Part shown: in pieces, positions 39,620 to 49,500 of the stretch
How positions within the stretch are numbered: position 1 is the first letter of the stretch
How the letters are laid out: every line of letters begins with the position of its first letter
Virus record (IMG/VR): IMGVR_UViG_3300024259_000010
Location: 124,001-188,000 of that record
DNA: 64,000 nucleotides
Reading direction: 5' to 3' (one strand)
Notes under the pieces: generated by a model
The model's database searches: none
What the model was told of the DNA's origin: nothing
What the model saw: only the letters and a program-made list of their open reading frames with translations
Position numbers and translations under genes: made by a program

Positions 39620-40618
39620 TTTGTTTGAAAAAAAACATTGGGGCCTTGTAGTAGTAATACTATAATGAAAATTTCCTTAATTGACTGGAACCCACATAAT
39701 CAAATAAACTACAACATAACCAGTAATGGTAAGTGTGAATGTTTTAAAATTATTTGTTGTGGCAATCAGCAGCGAAGCTGTTACTGTAGTTACAGTAACC
39801 TTACTATGTAAATAGATAAGCCTATGTGATACATAGGGTGAACGTTCAGAGACTATCCCGACAGGGAGTACACCTTTCATAGGGTGGAAATAGGAAACAT
39901 CCTACGGGATGATAATATAGTCCAAATTCTCAAATAATCATACAGATGTATTTCAGTGTAGTTTAAGTATATATTACTTAAATAGTAAGGAGATATAAAT
40001 ATGTATGAGATAGATACTTATAGTTATGAAGAAAAAGTATCATTATACGAACATGGTTTCCCGGATTACATCCTGACAATAGATGGTAGAGTATGGACGA
40101 ATAAACAACGTCGATGGTTGACTATTGATAAAGGAGGGTGTGTACTTTTAGCTTATGGTCCACAACAATACAGTAGAGTAAGTGTACGAGTATTGGTAGG
40201 TAATATATTTATTAACCCACCAGTGTTCAACAACCATTGTCAACCACTTTGGTTCAATGTTGATTATTACATTTATTCTGATGGTAAAGTGTGGAGTTGT
40301 TTCTCTGCTAAATGGTTGTTGCCAAACTTAGTAAAGCAATATCATTATATTAATATAAGTGGTAGTGCGTATTTACTAAATAGATTGGTAGCACAGACAT
40401 ACGTACCCAATCCAGATAATAAACCAGAAGTGAATCATAAGAATGGAATTAAAATAGATAATCGTGCAGAGAACCTTGAATGGTGTACGAGATCTGAGAA
40501 TATGATTCATGCGTATAATAATGGATATCTTGATGATAGTCTTGCGAAAGCACAGGCTGCCAGATAAGATATTTAAAATTAAGATAGATTGTTCTATCTT
40601 TTTTTGTTTGAGAATTAG
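39620..40618 (+). mobile_element. Group I self-splicing intron carrying an HNH homing endonuclease
   Basis: Exon 1 ends in U39619 and the intron ends in G40618. Core elements: AATTGACTGGAA (P), AATCAGCAG (Q), GTTCAGAGACTA (R), AATATAGTCC (S). The guide CATTG-GGGC pairs with 5' exon GCCU and 3' exon CAATG. Splicing restores DIDVA-S-MYPS in frame. Confidence 0.92.
40001..40567 (+). CDS. Intron-encoded HNH homing endonuclease
   Basis: [40 protein letters not shown]; two NUMOD4-like (Y.I..DG.VW) repeats. Confidence 0.9.
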   Translation: MYEIDTYSYEEKVSLYEHGFPDYILTIDGRVWTNKQRRWLTIDKGGCVLLAYGPQQYSRVSVRVLVGNIFINPPVFNNHCQPLWFNVDYYIYSDGKVWSCFSAKWLLPNLVKQYHYINISGSAYLLNRLVAQTYVPNPDNKPEVNHKNGIKIDNRAENLEWCTRSENMIHAYNNGYLDDSLAKAQAAR

Positions 40619-40833
40619 CAATGTACCCCTCCATTATGGCGGCGTGTAATTTCTGTAAGGATAGTAAAATCTTAACAGTGCTTAATATTCAGAATATGCG
40701 TTCCATTGATATTGTAGATTTCTTAGGTCATGCTTCTGCGCCCGAAGAGAACTCAGTTTATCTATGTCATAAGTATTTAAAGTTACCAGACTATAAAGAA
40801 ATGTTAGAAGCGTTCGAGAAGGAGAAGACATAA
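40619..40833 (+). CDS. Family B DNA polymerase subunit, exon 2
   Basis: (S)MYPSIMAACN..KD completes motif A; the spliced CDS is 1656 nt (551 aa). Confidence 0.85.
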
Positions 40834-41006
40834 TGTCTGAAGATGAGAAAGTTATTGTTGATCAAGCAAGAGAGATTATTCGATTAAAAGGAGTTGTAAA
40901 AGAGAATAATAATGCATTCTCTTCTATTAAAGGTATTTTAGATAATATACCTGGTAAGACTTCTGAGATGAATCGTATTTATAATCAGATTCCAAAGATT
41001 GATTAA
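40833..41006 (+). CDS. 57-aa hypothetical protein
   Basis: TAATG coupling to the polymerase stop; AGGAG RBS; MSEDEKVIVDQAREIIRLKG... Confidence 0.55.
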   Translation: MSEDEKVIVDQAREIIRLKGVVKENNNAFSSIKGILDNIPGKTSEMNRIYNQIPKID

Positions 41007-41343
41007 TATGAAAATTAAATCAGTTTGGTTCTGGAGACACTGGATTCCATTCAGAGAGAAGCTTGGTATACTAATGCCAACTTTCTTTCCGAATAAACCA
41101 GCTTGGTCGATCGAGTTTAAAGAAGATACTAGTAATCAAATATATGAGTACTTCTCTAGATGGTGTAAAGATATTGAGGAACATACTAGACTTAATGATG
41201 ATGACGATGAACATCCTACTATTATTAGTATAGATCCTGGTAAGTTAATGTTAACCGGTGTTGATATGTCACCTACACCAGCTATGAAGAAATTCATTTT
41301 TACATTTAACAATATGAATACTAATGAAAACTCTACAACTTAA
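40999..41343 (+). CDS. Hypothetical protein
   Basis: ORF within a coupled operon (ATG likely at 41008). Confidence 0.5.
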   Translation: MINMKIKSVWFWRHWIPFREKLGILMPTFFPNKPAWSIEFKEDTSNQIYEYFSRWCKDIEEHTRLNDDDDEHPTIISIDPGKLMLTGVDMSPTPAMKKFIFTFNNMNTNENSTT

Positions 41344-41893
41344 TAATTGTGGTGATCTAGACTTAGTAGCATTCACAGGACATAGACCTTGTAAACTTGG
41401 TGGGTATGATGAAGATAATTATCGCATTGTAGAAGTCAAGAAAATATTACGCAAAGCTATAATAGAACGTATTGAAGATGGATGTGATGGGTTTATTAGT
41501 GGTATGGCAATGGGTGTTGACATATGGGCTGCTGAGATAGTTTTAGAGCTTAAAGAAAAATACCCACATATTAAACTAGTAGCTGCTGTCCCATTTGAAG
41601 GACAACAAAAGATGTGGCCCTATCCATCACAGGAAAGATGGAGAAATGTACTAGGTGCGGCTGACCATGTTGAATATGTATGTGATCCAGGGTATGCTCC
41701 TTGGAAGATGCAGAAACGTAATGAGTGGATGGTTAATAGTGCTAAGTGGTTGATAGCTATTTGGGATGGTACTAAAGGTGGGACTGGTAATTGTGTAGCA
41801 TATGCTAAGAAGAACAATATTGAGATTGTACATAAAGTCCCCCCAAGAGAATTAACATATCCCCATGTAGATATTAATGTAAAGGATGATTAA
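41324..41893 (+). CDS. YspA/DUF1273 SLOG-family protein
   Basis: VAFTGHRP, FISGMAMGVDIWAAE, MQKRNEWMV, IAIWDG..GGTGNCV. Confidence 0.85.
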   Translation: MKTLQLNNCGDLDLVAFTGHRPCKLGGYDEDNYRIVEVKKILRKAIIERIEDGCDGFISGMAMGVDIWAAEIVLELKEKYPHIKLVAAVPFEGQQKMWPYPSQERWRNVLGAADHVEYVCDPGYAPWKMQKRNEWMVNSAKWLIAIWDGTKGGTGNCVAYAKKNNIEIVHKVPPRELTYPHVDINVKDD

Positions 41894-42087
41894 TGTTATC
41901 ATATTCAAAATACACAATTGGTCGTGAGTTACGATTCACATGGGTGCCAACTAAATTAGAATCAGGTAGTATAGTGTGGGGTACTTGGGTAGAGCGAAGT
42001 GTAGTATATATGCGAGTACATCTACTTAAGTTTATAAAGTTTACTATAACTTTAAAATATATTTATAATATTAGAAATGGGGCTTAA
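41893..42087 (+). CDS. Hypothetical protein
   Basis: 64 aa; TAATG-coupled on both sides. Confidence 0.45.
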   Translation: MLSYSKYTIGRELRFTWVPTKLESGSIVWGTWVERSVVYMRVHLLKFIKFTITLKYIYNIRNGA

Positions 42088-42602
42088 TGGAAATTGGAAT
42101 AGGAGATCTTAAAGAAGGCGAGTACGATAGTACCGAAGATACAAAAAAACATATCGCTAATGTAGCAGGTAAAATCATGCGAATGATTGATGCTCTTACC
42201 AATCGTGCTAAAGTACATGACAAGAGTAAATTGGAGTCTCCTGAGAAAGAAGACTTCGATAAGTTTACCCCACGTCTTGCAGGTATGGATTATGGTGGAG
42301 ATGAATATAAACAGTGTTTGAAAGATATGGAACCTACCATAGCTCATCACCATGCTAATAATAGACATCATCCTGAGTTCCATGAAAATGGAATCGCTGA
42401 TATGAATCTTATTGATGTCTTTGAGATGTTTGCTGACTGGTGCGCTGCTACTGAACGCCATGATACTGGGAACATCTTTAAGTCTATTGAGCTTAACCAG
42501 AAACGCTTTGGTTATAGTGATGAATTAGCCGCTATTATGGTTAACACAGCTAAGTCTATGAAAATGGGTAAAGGTGCTGATGAGAAACCTGAAGTGGATT
42601 AA
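42087..42602 (+). CDS. DUF5662-like HD-type protein
   Basis: HDKSKLE, HH..NNRHHPE, MNLIDVFEMFADW. Confidence 0.75.
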   Translation: MEIGIGDLKEGEYDSTEDTKKHIANVAGKIMRMIDALTNRAKVHDKSKLESPEKEDFDKFTPRLAGMDYGGDEYKQCLKDMEPTIAHHHANNRHHPEFHENGIADMNLIDVFEMFADWCAATERHDTGNIFKSIELNQKRFGYSDELAAIMVNTAKSMKMGKGADEKPEVD

Positions 42603-42819
42603 GAAATTAGATATGTTCTTATTTAGAATCGTTTGGAGAAAACGTCTAGAAGGAAGAACATTAGTTAATACACGAACATGGAAGACGGCTGTCGTTGACA
42701 CTAAAGGTGGTCAACGGCAAGTCGTCACATGGATTCTACCATAATGGTTCTATAAACTTACAAGCATATATTATTTAAATGTAACTACAGATTTAAATAA
42801 CAAGAAAGGGTCAACAAAT

Positions 42820-44253
42820 ATGAGTATGAAATTACTCCCGCTTATGGACTATGAAGCTCTATATCAAAAATCACCCAATGCTAAAATCATTCCTGCTGAT
42901 GTATCATCGTTTACTTCTAAGAAACAAGTAACTGAATTTACTAAGCATATCTTCATGGATGGTGATATTGGTGTTGGGTTAGACGCTACATGTGAGTGTG
43001 GTAATCTGACAGGGTTATACTTGTTAGGAAAAGAATGTAATTTTTGTAAGACTGAGGTAAAGCGTCCTACAGCTACAGATGTTGCTTTTAATAGTTGGAT
43101 TGAAATTCCAATGTTCTTACCACCATTACTACAACCAGCCGCTCACCGTATCTTAAAGAAATGGATGGGAACTGGATGTAACAGAGAACAGTTGTTAACA
43201 TCACTGTTAACAGTTGGGTCACAATTACCAGAACCTATTGCTGAGTTCTATACACCTGGTGTATGGTCTTTCTATAATAACTTTGATAAATTAATCGAGT
43301 TCTTATTGACAGAGTATCGCCCACTACGTGAACCACAAAAAGGTGTTAAGACTGTAAATGAGAAATCTATACATATCCGTAAGTTTATCAAGATGTATAG
43401 AAAGAGATTATTTACACGTCACTTCCCTGTCATGGATAAAAGTATGCATGTTGTTAATGCACAAGGTACAATGAGTTTCGTTGATACTTCTGTACAGTGT
43501 ATTATGAAAACAGTTATTGAACTTGCAACTATTCATTATAATTATGTTGAATCTAAAAATATGCCGGAGATCGAAAGATGTGCGGTTGATATGATATCAG
43601 CTTATTATGAATATAGTGAGATCATTCTTACAACTAAAGTACAGAAGAAGTTCGGATTAATCCGCAGACATATTCTAGGAGCAAAATGTCATCTCACTTT
43701 CCGAGGTGTTATTGTTCCTATTGTAGATGCTGCAGACGGGGATGAACTTTATCTACCATGGGGTATTGGTGTACAGCAACATAAATTAGAGATTATCAAT
43801 ATCTTAGTTAATAGAAAAGGTCACACCCCACATCAGGCTCAGTTAATATTTGAGAAAGCCAAATATAAGTATGATCCTGAAGTAGATGCAATCATCGACA
43901 TATTAATTAAGGAATGTCCTTACAAAGGATTCCCATGTATCTTAGGACGTAATCCAACACTTAACCATGGAGCCATGCAAATGTTCTTCGTAACAAGGGT
44001 TAAGAAGGATGCGGATGATGATACAATATCAATGAGTCCACTGTGTCTGAGAGCACCTAATGCTGACTTTGATGGTGATGCTTTATATGGAAGTATGATT
44101 AAAGAAATGGGTGAAGTTCCATTCTTTATGAACATGCATCCTATGACCACTATGTTAACAGAAGAAGAATTATCAATATCTTCCAATGTACATATTGGTG
44201 AGCAATGCTGTGTACAATTAACCAGTTGGTTAAATCAACCAATTGTAGGATAA
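42820..44253 (+). CDS. Multisubunit RNA polymerase beta' N-terminal subunit, probably non-virion RNAP (phiKZ gp55-like)
   Basis: N-terminal zinc site CECG...CNFC; KFGLIRRHILG, FRGVI, RNPTL; catalytic NADFDGD; early-type promoter motif upstream. Confidence 0.88.
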   Translation: MSMKLLPLMDYEALYQKSPNAKIIPADVSSFTSKKQVTEFTKHIFMDGDIGVGLDATCECGNLTGLYLLGKECNFCKTEVKRPTATDVAFNSWIEIPMFLPPLLQPAAHRILKKWMGTGCNREQLLTSLLTVGSQLPEPIAEFYTPGVWSFYNNFDKLIEFLLTEYRPLREPQKGVKTVNEKSIHIRKFIKMYRKRLFTRHFPVMDKSMHVVNAQGTMSFVDTSVQCIMKTVIELATIHYNYVESKNMPEIERCAVDMISAYYEYSEIILTTKVQKKFGLIRRHILGAKCHLTFRGVIVPIVDAADGDELYLPWGIGVQQHKLEIINILVNRKGHTPHQAQLIFEKAKYKYDPEVDAIIDILIKECPYKGFPCILGRNPTLNHGAMQMFFVTRVKKDADDDTISMSPLCLRAPNADFDGDALYGSMIKEMGEVPFFMNMHPMTTMLTEEELSISSNVHIGEQCCVQLTSWLNQPIVG

Positions 44254-44384
44254 GTTAAAATCAACACATAACCCAAAAAGGGTTATGTGTTTTTTTCATC
44301 GCTTTTATAAAACTATATTATGTATATAGAATATATATTCAATGGAATATAATCAATAACAACCATTAAAATAGGAGTAGTACA

Positions 44385-44939
44385 ATGAACCCACACAGAA
44401 CATCAACATTGTCAATAGCTAACGTCGAACGGAACATCGATGGTGGCAAAACAGTGTTGACCAAATTACTAGAAAAACTCAGATCAATGCACAAGGGTAT
44501 GTGTATGGATGTGAAAAATTGTGAATGTGTCAGAAATGACATGAGCATGTTCTATGAGGAAGATGATGTAAAACAAGACGTCATCGCAATTGATATGGAT
44601 TTACATAACTTTAATAATATCGCACTGTTTAGTAAATGTTGTATGGACGATTGGATCAACTTATTCTCTAAATGTATTTCATTGATTGATAATACTTTAG
44701 ATCCGATTGTACACCACTACAAAACAGGTAATTGTTATCTGACGAATTATGAACTCGAAAAAGCCATAATTCTCGCTGCTGACATTTGCACCGATCTCTA
44801 TAGTATTACACTTGGGTATCCAGAGTATACTAAGGACCCTGAAGTTATAGAACTATTTTCATCATATGCCAGATTTATAAAGTATCTAAAATGTGTTAAT
44901 CAATGTGTTGTTGATGATGTAGTAGATGCTGTAGCATAA
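44385..44939 (+). CDS. Hypothetical protein
   Basis: 184 aa; AGGAG RBS. Confidence 0.55.
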   Translation: MNPHRTSTLSIANVERNIDGGKTVLTKLLEKLRSMHKGMCMDVKNCECVRNDMSMFYEEDDVKQDVIAIDMDLHNFNNIALFSKCCMDDWINLFSKCISLIDNTLDPIVHHYKTGNCYLTNYELEKAIILAADICTDLYSITLGYPEYTKDPEVIELFSSYARFIKYLKCVNQCVVDDVVDAVA

Positions 44940-44980
44940 AAAGGACTTAGCCCTATTTCATATAGGGTTATTTTTTTACC

Positions 44981-45769
44981 ATGAATACTATATATAAATG
45001 TAAGACTGTTAAAGATGTAATAGAAGTATTAAACATTAAGAATGTTAAACATTATGATATCATTAAAGATGTTGTTTTAATTAACATGCACAATGAACCT
45101 TATAGATTATCAGATATATATAGAAATATTAAAAGTGCTATAAAATCAGTATTATCTGAACCAAAACACGATCGTACTATTGGTTACAAATATGCATCAT
45201 GTATAAAAGTAAGTGGTATAGAAAATAGTGATAAGTTATTTAAAAGTATTGTAAAACAGAATGTTAAATACAGTAAACCTAAAGTAAATGAAATTGTTAT
45301 TGCACTTCGATTATCAGATAAACCAAATAGTATTAAAGATACATTTGATAAGTCTATTAATAAGATATTGGATATATGTGGAGATATTGATAGTAAGAAA
45401 ATAACTATAATGATAGGGTTACATTATCCATCGTTAGATGTTATGAATGAAGAGAGTCTCATATCAGATATTAGAACTTTAGATAATATCATTTCAGTGT
45501 TTGTTAAACATCGGTATAAAGTATCTATTAGATCAAATAGGAATCCAGATAAAGATTTCTATTACATGTGTCATGCTAATTTTTTTATATCAACTGAAAG
45601 TGGATTTGGTGCATTAGCTGGTTTTTTTAATGAAACAGAATCTAAATGGATAGTGAATTCAACCAGATCTACTAATAGACTATTCTTAGGTGGATATGAT
45701 TACACATGTGGTATTCATAGAAGGCAGCCGATACGGAAAAAGACAAGGAGTACTAAGTTACTCTATTAA
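44981..45769 (+). CDS. Possible GT11/fucosyltransferase-like glycosyltransferase
   Basis: IVIALRLSD (cf. HxRxGD) and DKDFYYMCHANFFISTESGFGALA (cf. D...M......I...S.FS). Confidence 0.4.
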   Translation: MNTIYKCKTVKDVIEVLNIKNVKHYDIIKDVVLINMHNEPYRLSDIYRNIKSAIKSVLSEPKHDRTIGYKYASCIKVSGIENSDKLFKSIVKQNVKYSKPKVNEIVIALRLSDKPNSIKDTFDKSINKILDICGDIDSKKITIMIGLHYPSLDVMNEESLISDIRTLDNIISVFVKHRYKVSIRSNRNPDKDFYYMCHANFFISTESGFGALAGFFNETESKWIVNSTRSTNRLFLGGYDYTCGIHRRQPIRKKTRSTKLLY

Positions 45770-45831
45770 ACATTATATAGTAAATAGTTAGGGGCCACAA
45801 GTTTTGAATATCAAAAAGAAAGAAAATTATC

Positions 45832-46479
45832 ATGACCGCAAGTAATAGTAAATTAGGAATTGTAAAGAAGGCAACACATGTTCTTGTTAAACAAGATGAT
45901 GTAACTGCATTGTTAGCAGAAGAAGGTGTGTACGATCCGGATAATGAGAACCATACTTTTAAAGCAGCATTGCTTGTTAAGATGGTTGGAGATATGGGAA
46001 CGATTGCTCTTCCTCCAGGTGGTATCACAGTTGACTCCGTAGAACTTAAAGATGCTATTGATGATATTAGATTATCCATCATTGATTTCATCACAGGTAA
46101 TCCTACTGGTAAGAATGCTATCCCTACAATTGGTGTAGATGGGTTTGGTAATCCATTAGTTAAAGTAATGCCGAATGTTGTTAATCTAGATGATGTTACC
46201 GATGATCAAGATGGTACATCAGTAGACATCTCAAACTTTTCCGATATGTCAGTAATGATTTCTACTGGTACTGCTGGTGTAGATAATGCAACCGGTAAAG
46301 TAATTGTAGAGGTGAGCCATGATGAAGTAATATGGGCTCCAGTATCTGAACAAGAATTTGCTGATGAACCAGGTGTTGTTAATGTAGCATCTATCCCAGC
46401 ACCTTGGCTCTTTGTAAGAACTCGTACTGTTGATTTAACAGCAGGTGAAATTACAACACAGATCTGTGCTAAAAACTAA
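45832..46479 (+). CDS. Virion accessory/fibre-associated protein
   Basis: Acidic, beta-rich; C-terminal VEVSHD...W...FVR motif; heads the fibre operon. Confidence 0.45.
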   Translation: MTASNSKLGIVKKATHVLVKQDDVTALLAEEGVYDPDNENHTFKAALLVKMVGDMGTIALPPGGITVDSVELKDAIDDIRLSIIDFITGNPTGKNAIPTIGVDGFGNPLVKVMPNVVNLDDVTDDQDGTSVDISNFSDMSVMISTGTAGVDNATGKVIVEVSHDEVIWAPVSEQEFADEPGVVNVASIPAPWLFVRTRTVDLTAGEITTQICAKN

Positions 46480-46502
46480 ACCCCTTAATAGGAGGCATAA
46501 AA

Positions 46503-49500
46503 ATGATTTTAATTAATGGCATCCAACAGGGCGGCGCGGGACTAGATCCCGTAGATGAAGCAAAGGTTGACAACATCACTGTTGAAAACCCAGTTAATCT
46601 CGATGATGTAGTAGCTGAAACAGATGCTAATACTAACCATGCTGATGGTCCTGTTACGGATCATACGGATGTATCAAATGCAGGTAGTGGAGCTATTATT
46701 ACAGTAGCTGAGCGTAATGCTATTACAGAAAATAGTGGTAAAGTATCTGCTGATGAATCAGTTGAAACACATAGTGATATTTCTTCCAAAGGAAGTGGAG
46801 CTATTATTACTGATCAAGAGAGAATTGACTTAGGTATTGCTAAAGATGCGAGTCATACTGAACATGTAGCAGATGATGTTGAATGGTCTACTGAACATGA
46901 GCATGTGAATAGTATGAAGGATGTTATTGATCATGTCTGGAGTGCAGGTGCATGTGGTGGTGTGGATAACTTTAAAATTACTAAAATAGGTAGTGGTGGA
47001 GTTACTGTAACTGACGGTTATGCGGTATTAAGAAATGATGTAACATCTCACGCATCATTAGATGGATATCATATACCGGCTTCAGGAGATATTTATGTTG
47101 CCAATAATAAGACAAGTATTATCTATATTGACCAAGCGACACAATCTGTATTACATACGGATGCGATTGATCAAGTTATGATGAATAATCAGAGAACTAT
47201 TATCTATGCTGTTAATAGAGTTGATGATGCTTTAAATATTGTAGACTTCAGAGCTTATAACGTAGATTATCTTAGAAAAAATTCACTCAAAGACTGGAGT
47301 GTTAATGGTATTGAATATGGTGGTGGCGCTTTTGTAACAGATGGTGCAGTCACACATACAATGCAAATCTCTTCTGGTTTATTTTTCTTATTAAATACTG
47401 TATTAACTACCCCTGAAATAAATACCGACGTTACCCATGTGGATAATGATCCATTAGTAGATATATTTGATTATGTTTATACTGATGGTGATGGTGATTG
47501 GGATCGTAATCCAGGATCTACAGTAATTAACAAGTTACAATATGATACAGGAACTGGGTTAGCCAATATTGGTAATAAAGATTTTGGTTGCCATTATGTA
47601 TATACAGTGTTGAATTCTCCTAGCCATTACGTAGTTGTATTAGGCAAAGGGTCATATTCTTCATATGCTGATGCGATTGCTACTCCAGTACCATCTGGAT
47701 CATTAGTACCACCAGATCTGGCAAAACCATCTACAGCTACACATATTGCAACTATTATTACTAAACAAGATAATACATGGTTCTATGATGTATTGACACC
47801 TTTCTATGATAATTTAGTGTCATCTTTTAATTTACCTATTACTCATAATGAGCATAATGGTATTCAAGGTGGTGATGATGTCAATAAAGAATATTATCAT
47901 ATAACTGAAGCTCAAGAAGCTGCCATTGGCGGAAGTATTGCTAAAACAGCCTTAATAACTGTAGCATCTGCTGTTGACTTGAATGACATGCCCGTGTCTG
48001 AAGATCAACAAGCTGCTATTAATAATGCTGTTGTAGGTATGTATGATCATATAGGTGGTTATAATGGTACTACTAATGTTCCTTCATTGGATGATCGTAA
48101 TGATCCAGGTACTCCTATTATAGCAGATATTCTTAAAGGACATACTTATACTGTTGAAGTAGAAGGTACGTTCTTTGGTGAATCAGTTGAAGTCGGTGAT
48201 CACATTATTTCAAATCAAGATGATCCATCTGAATTATCACATTGGTCTAGAGTTAATAAGAACATTAGTTTTGGTTCAACCCAAGGAACAGCTTGTGAAG
48301 GTAATGATGGTCGTTTACCATCTGTTAATGAAAAAGCTGCTATGAAAGGTACTGAAGTAGGTGATCCTCCTTCAGCTACAAATGAATTCATTACTAATGA
48401 TGATGCTCGATTATCTGATGATCGTGATCCTAATACCCATGCTGGTAATCATATATCCGGTGGAGAAGATCCAATACGTGAAGCTACTAATGGGCAGAAT
48501 GGATTAGCAACAGCTTCTCATATTCAAAAGATAGAAGCTAGTTATTCTGTTAAGCATTCACATGTTAATAAGGTTAACCTTGATACTATTGATCAGAATA
48601 TGGCTAAAGCGGATTCTCCTGAGTTTGCAGGGGCTACTATCGGTGGTGTTAACTTCAATGATACTCTTGCATTAATGCATAATCCAACAGGGTTTGACCG
48701 TATGAATGTTGCATCATATGGAACACTTACATTAAACGGTGGTACCACTAGAACAGTTACGCATGGTCTTAATGGTCAGGATATTGAATACTATAGACAT
48801 GGTGTTAAAATATCTAAAACTGAAGCTCAGGTAACTACACAATTCCCTAATACCGAAGGACTATGGTTTATCTATTATAATGAAACTGATACATTAGTGA
48901 TAACACAGACTCCTTGGAATGTTGCGGCTGATCATCATGTGTTTGTAGCTATCCTATATTGGGATGCTGTAAATGAAGTAGGTGTTCTTGGTGAAGAGCG
49001 TCATGGACTGATGGACCCCTATACTCATGATATTATGCATCATGGAATTGGTTCATTGCACCGTGGTGGATTTGATCCAACCTTTACAATAGGTAATGGT
49101 AGTGCAGATGCACATTGTGAGATCCAAGGATTCACAGCCGGTTCATTCTCAGATGAAGATATTATCAATGTCAACGATGAACAGACTACATATGAAGTAT
49201 GGTGGAAAGAGGGATCAGAGACCGCTCCAGTATGGAGATGGGAAACTGCTTCAGCTGCTGCTGTAAGTATGGCTGGCTCTAGACCATATTGGAATCAGTT
49301 AACGGGTGGTACATGGCAACGTACTGAGATGACTGATAATGATTATATGTGTATGCATCCTATTGCACTTAATCGTTATGGTGTTACTAATAAAGTAATT
49401 CTCATTATGGGTGAAAATCTATACGAGACTGCTGCTGAAGCACGTGTTGCTGCACCTGGTGAATTAAATACGATTAGATTCGGTAGTTTGCCTTCACCTG

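Noticed and set aside
39620-39880. Apparent pol C-terminus FCLKKNIGAL*, possible frameshift at the A8 run, and minus ORF 39677..39880
   Set aside because: All lie within the group I intron; splicing explains the break without frameshifting
42087-42107. MEIGIGD N-terminus as another head-tag instance
   Set aside because: Lacks the acidic residue at the G-x-E position and lies in a replication operon
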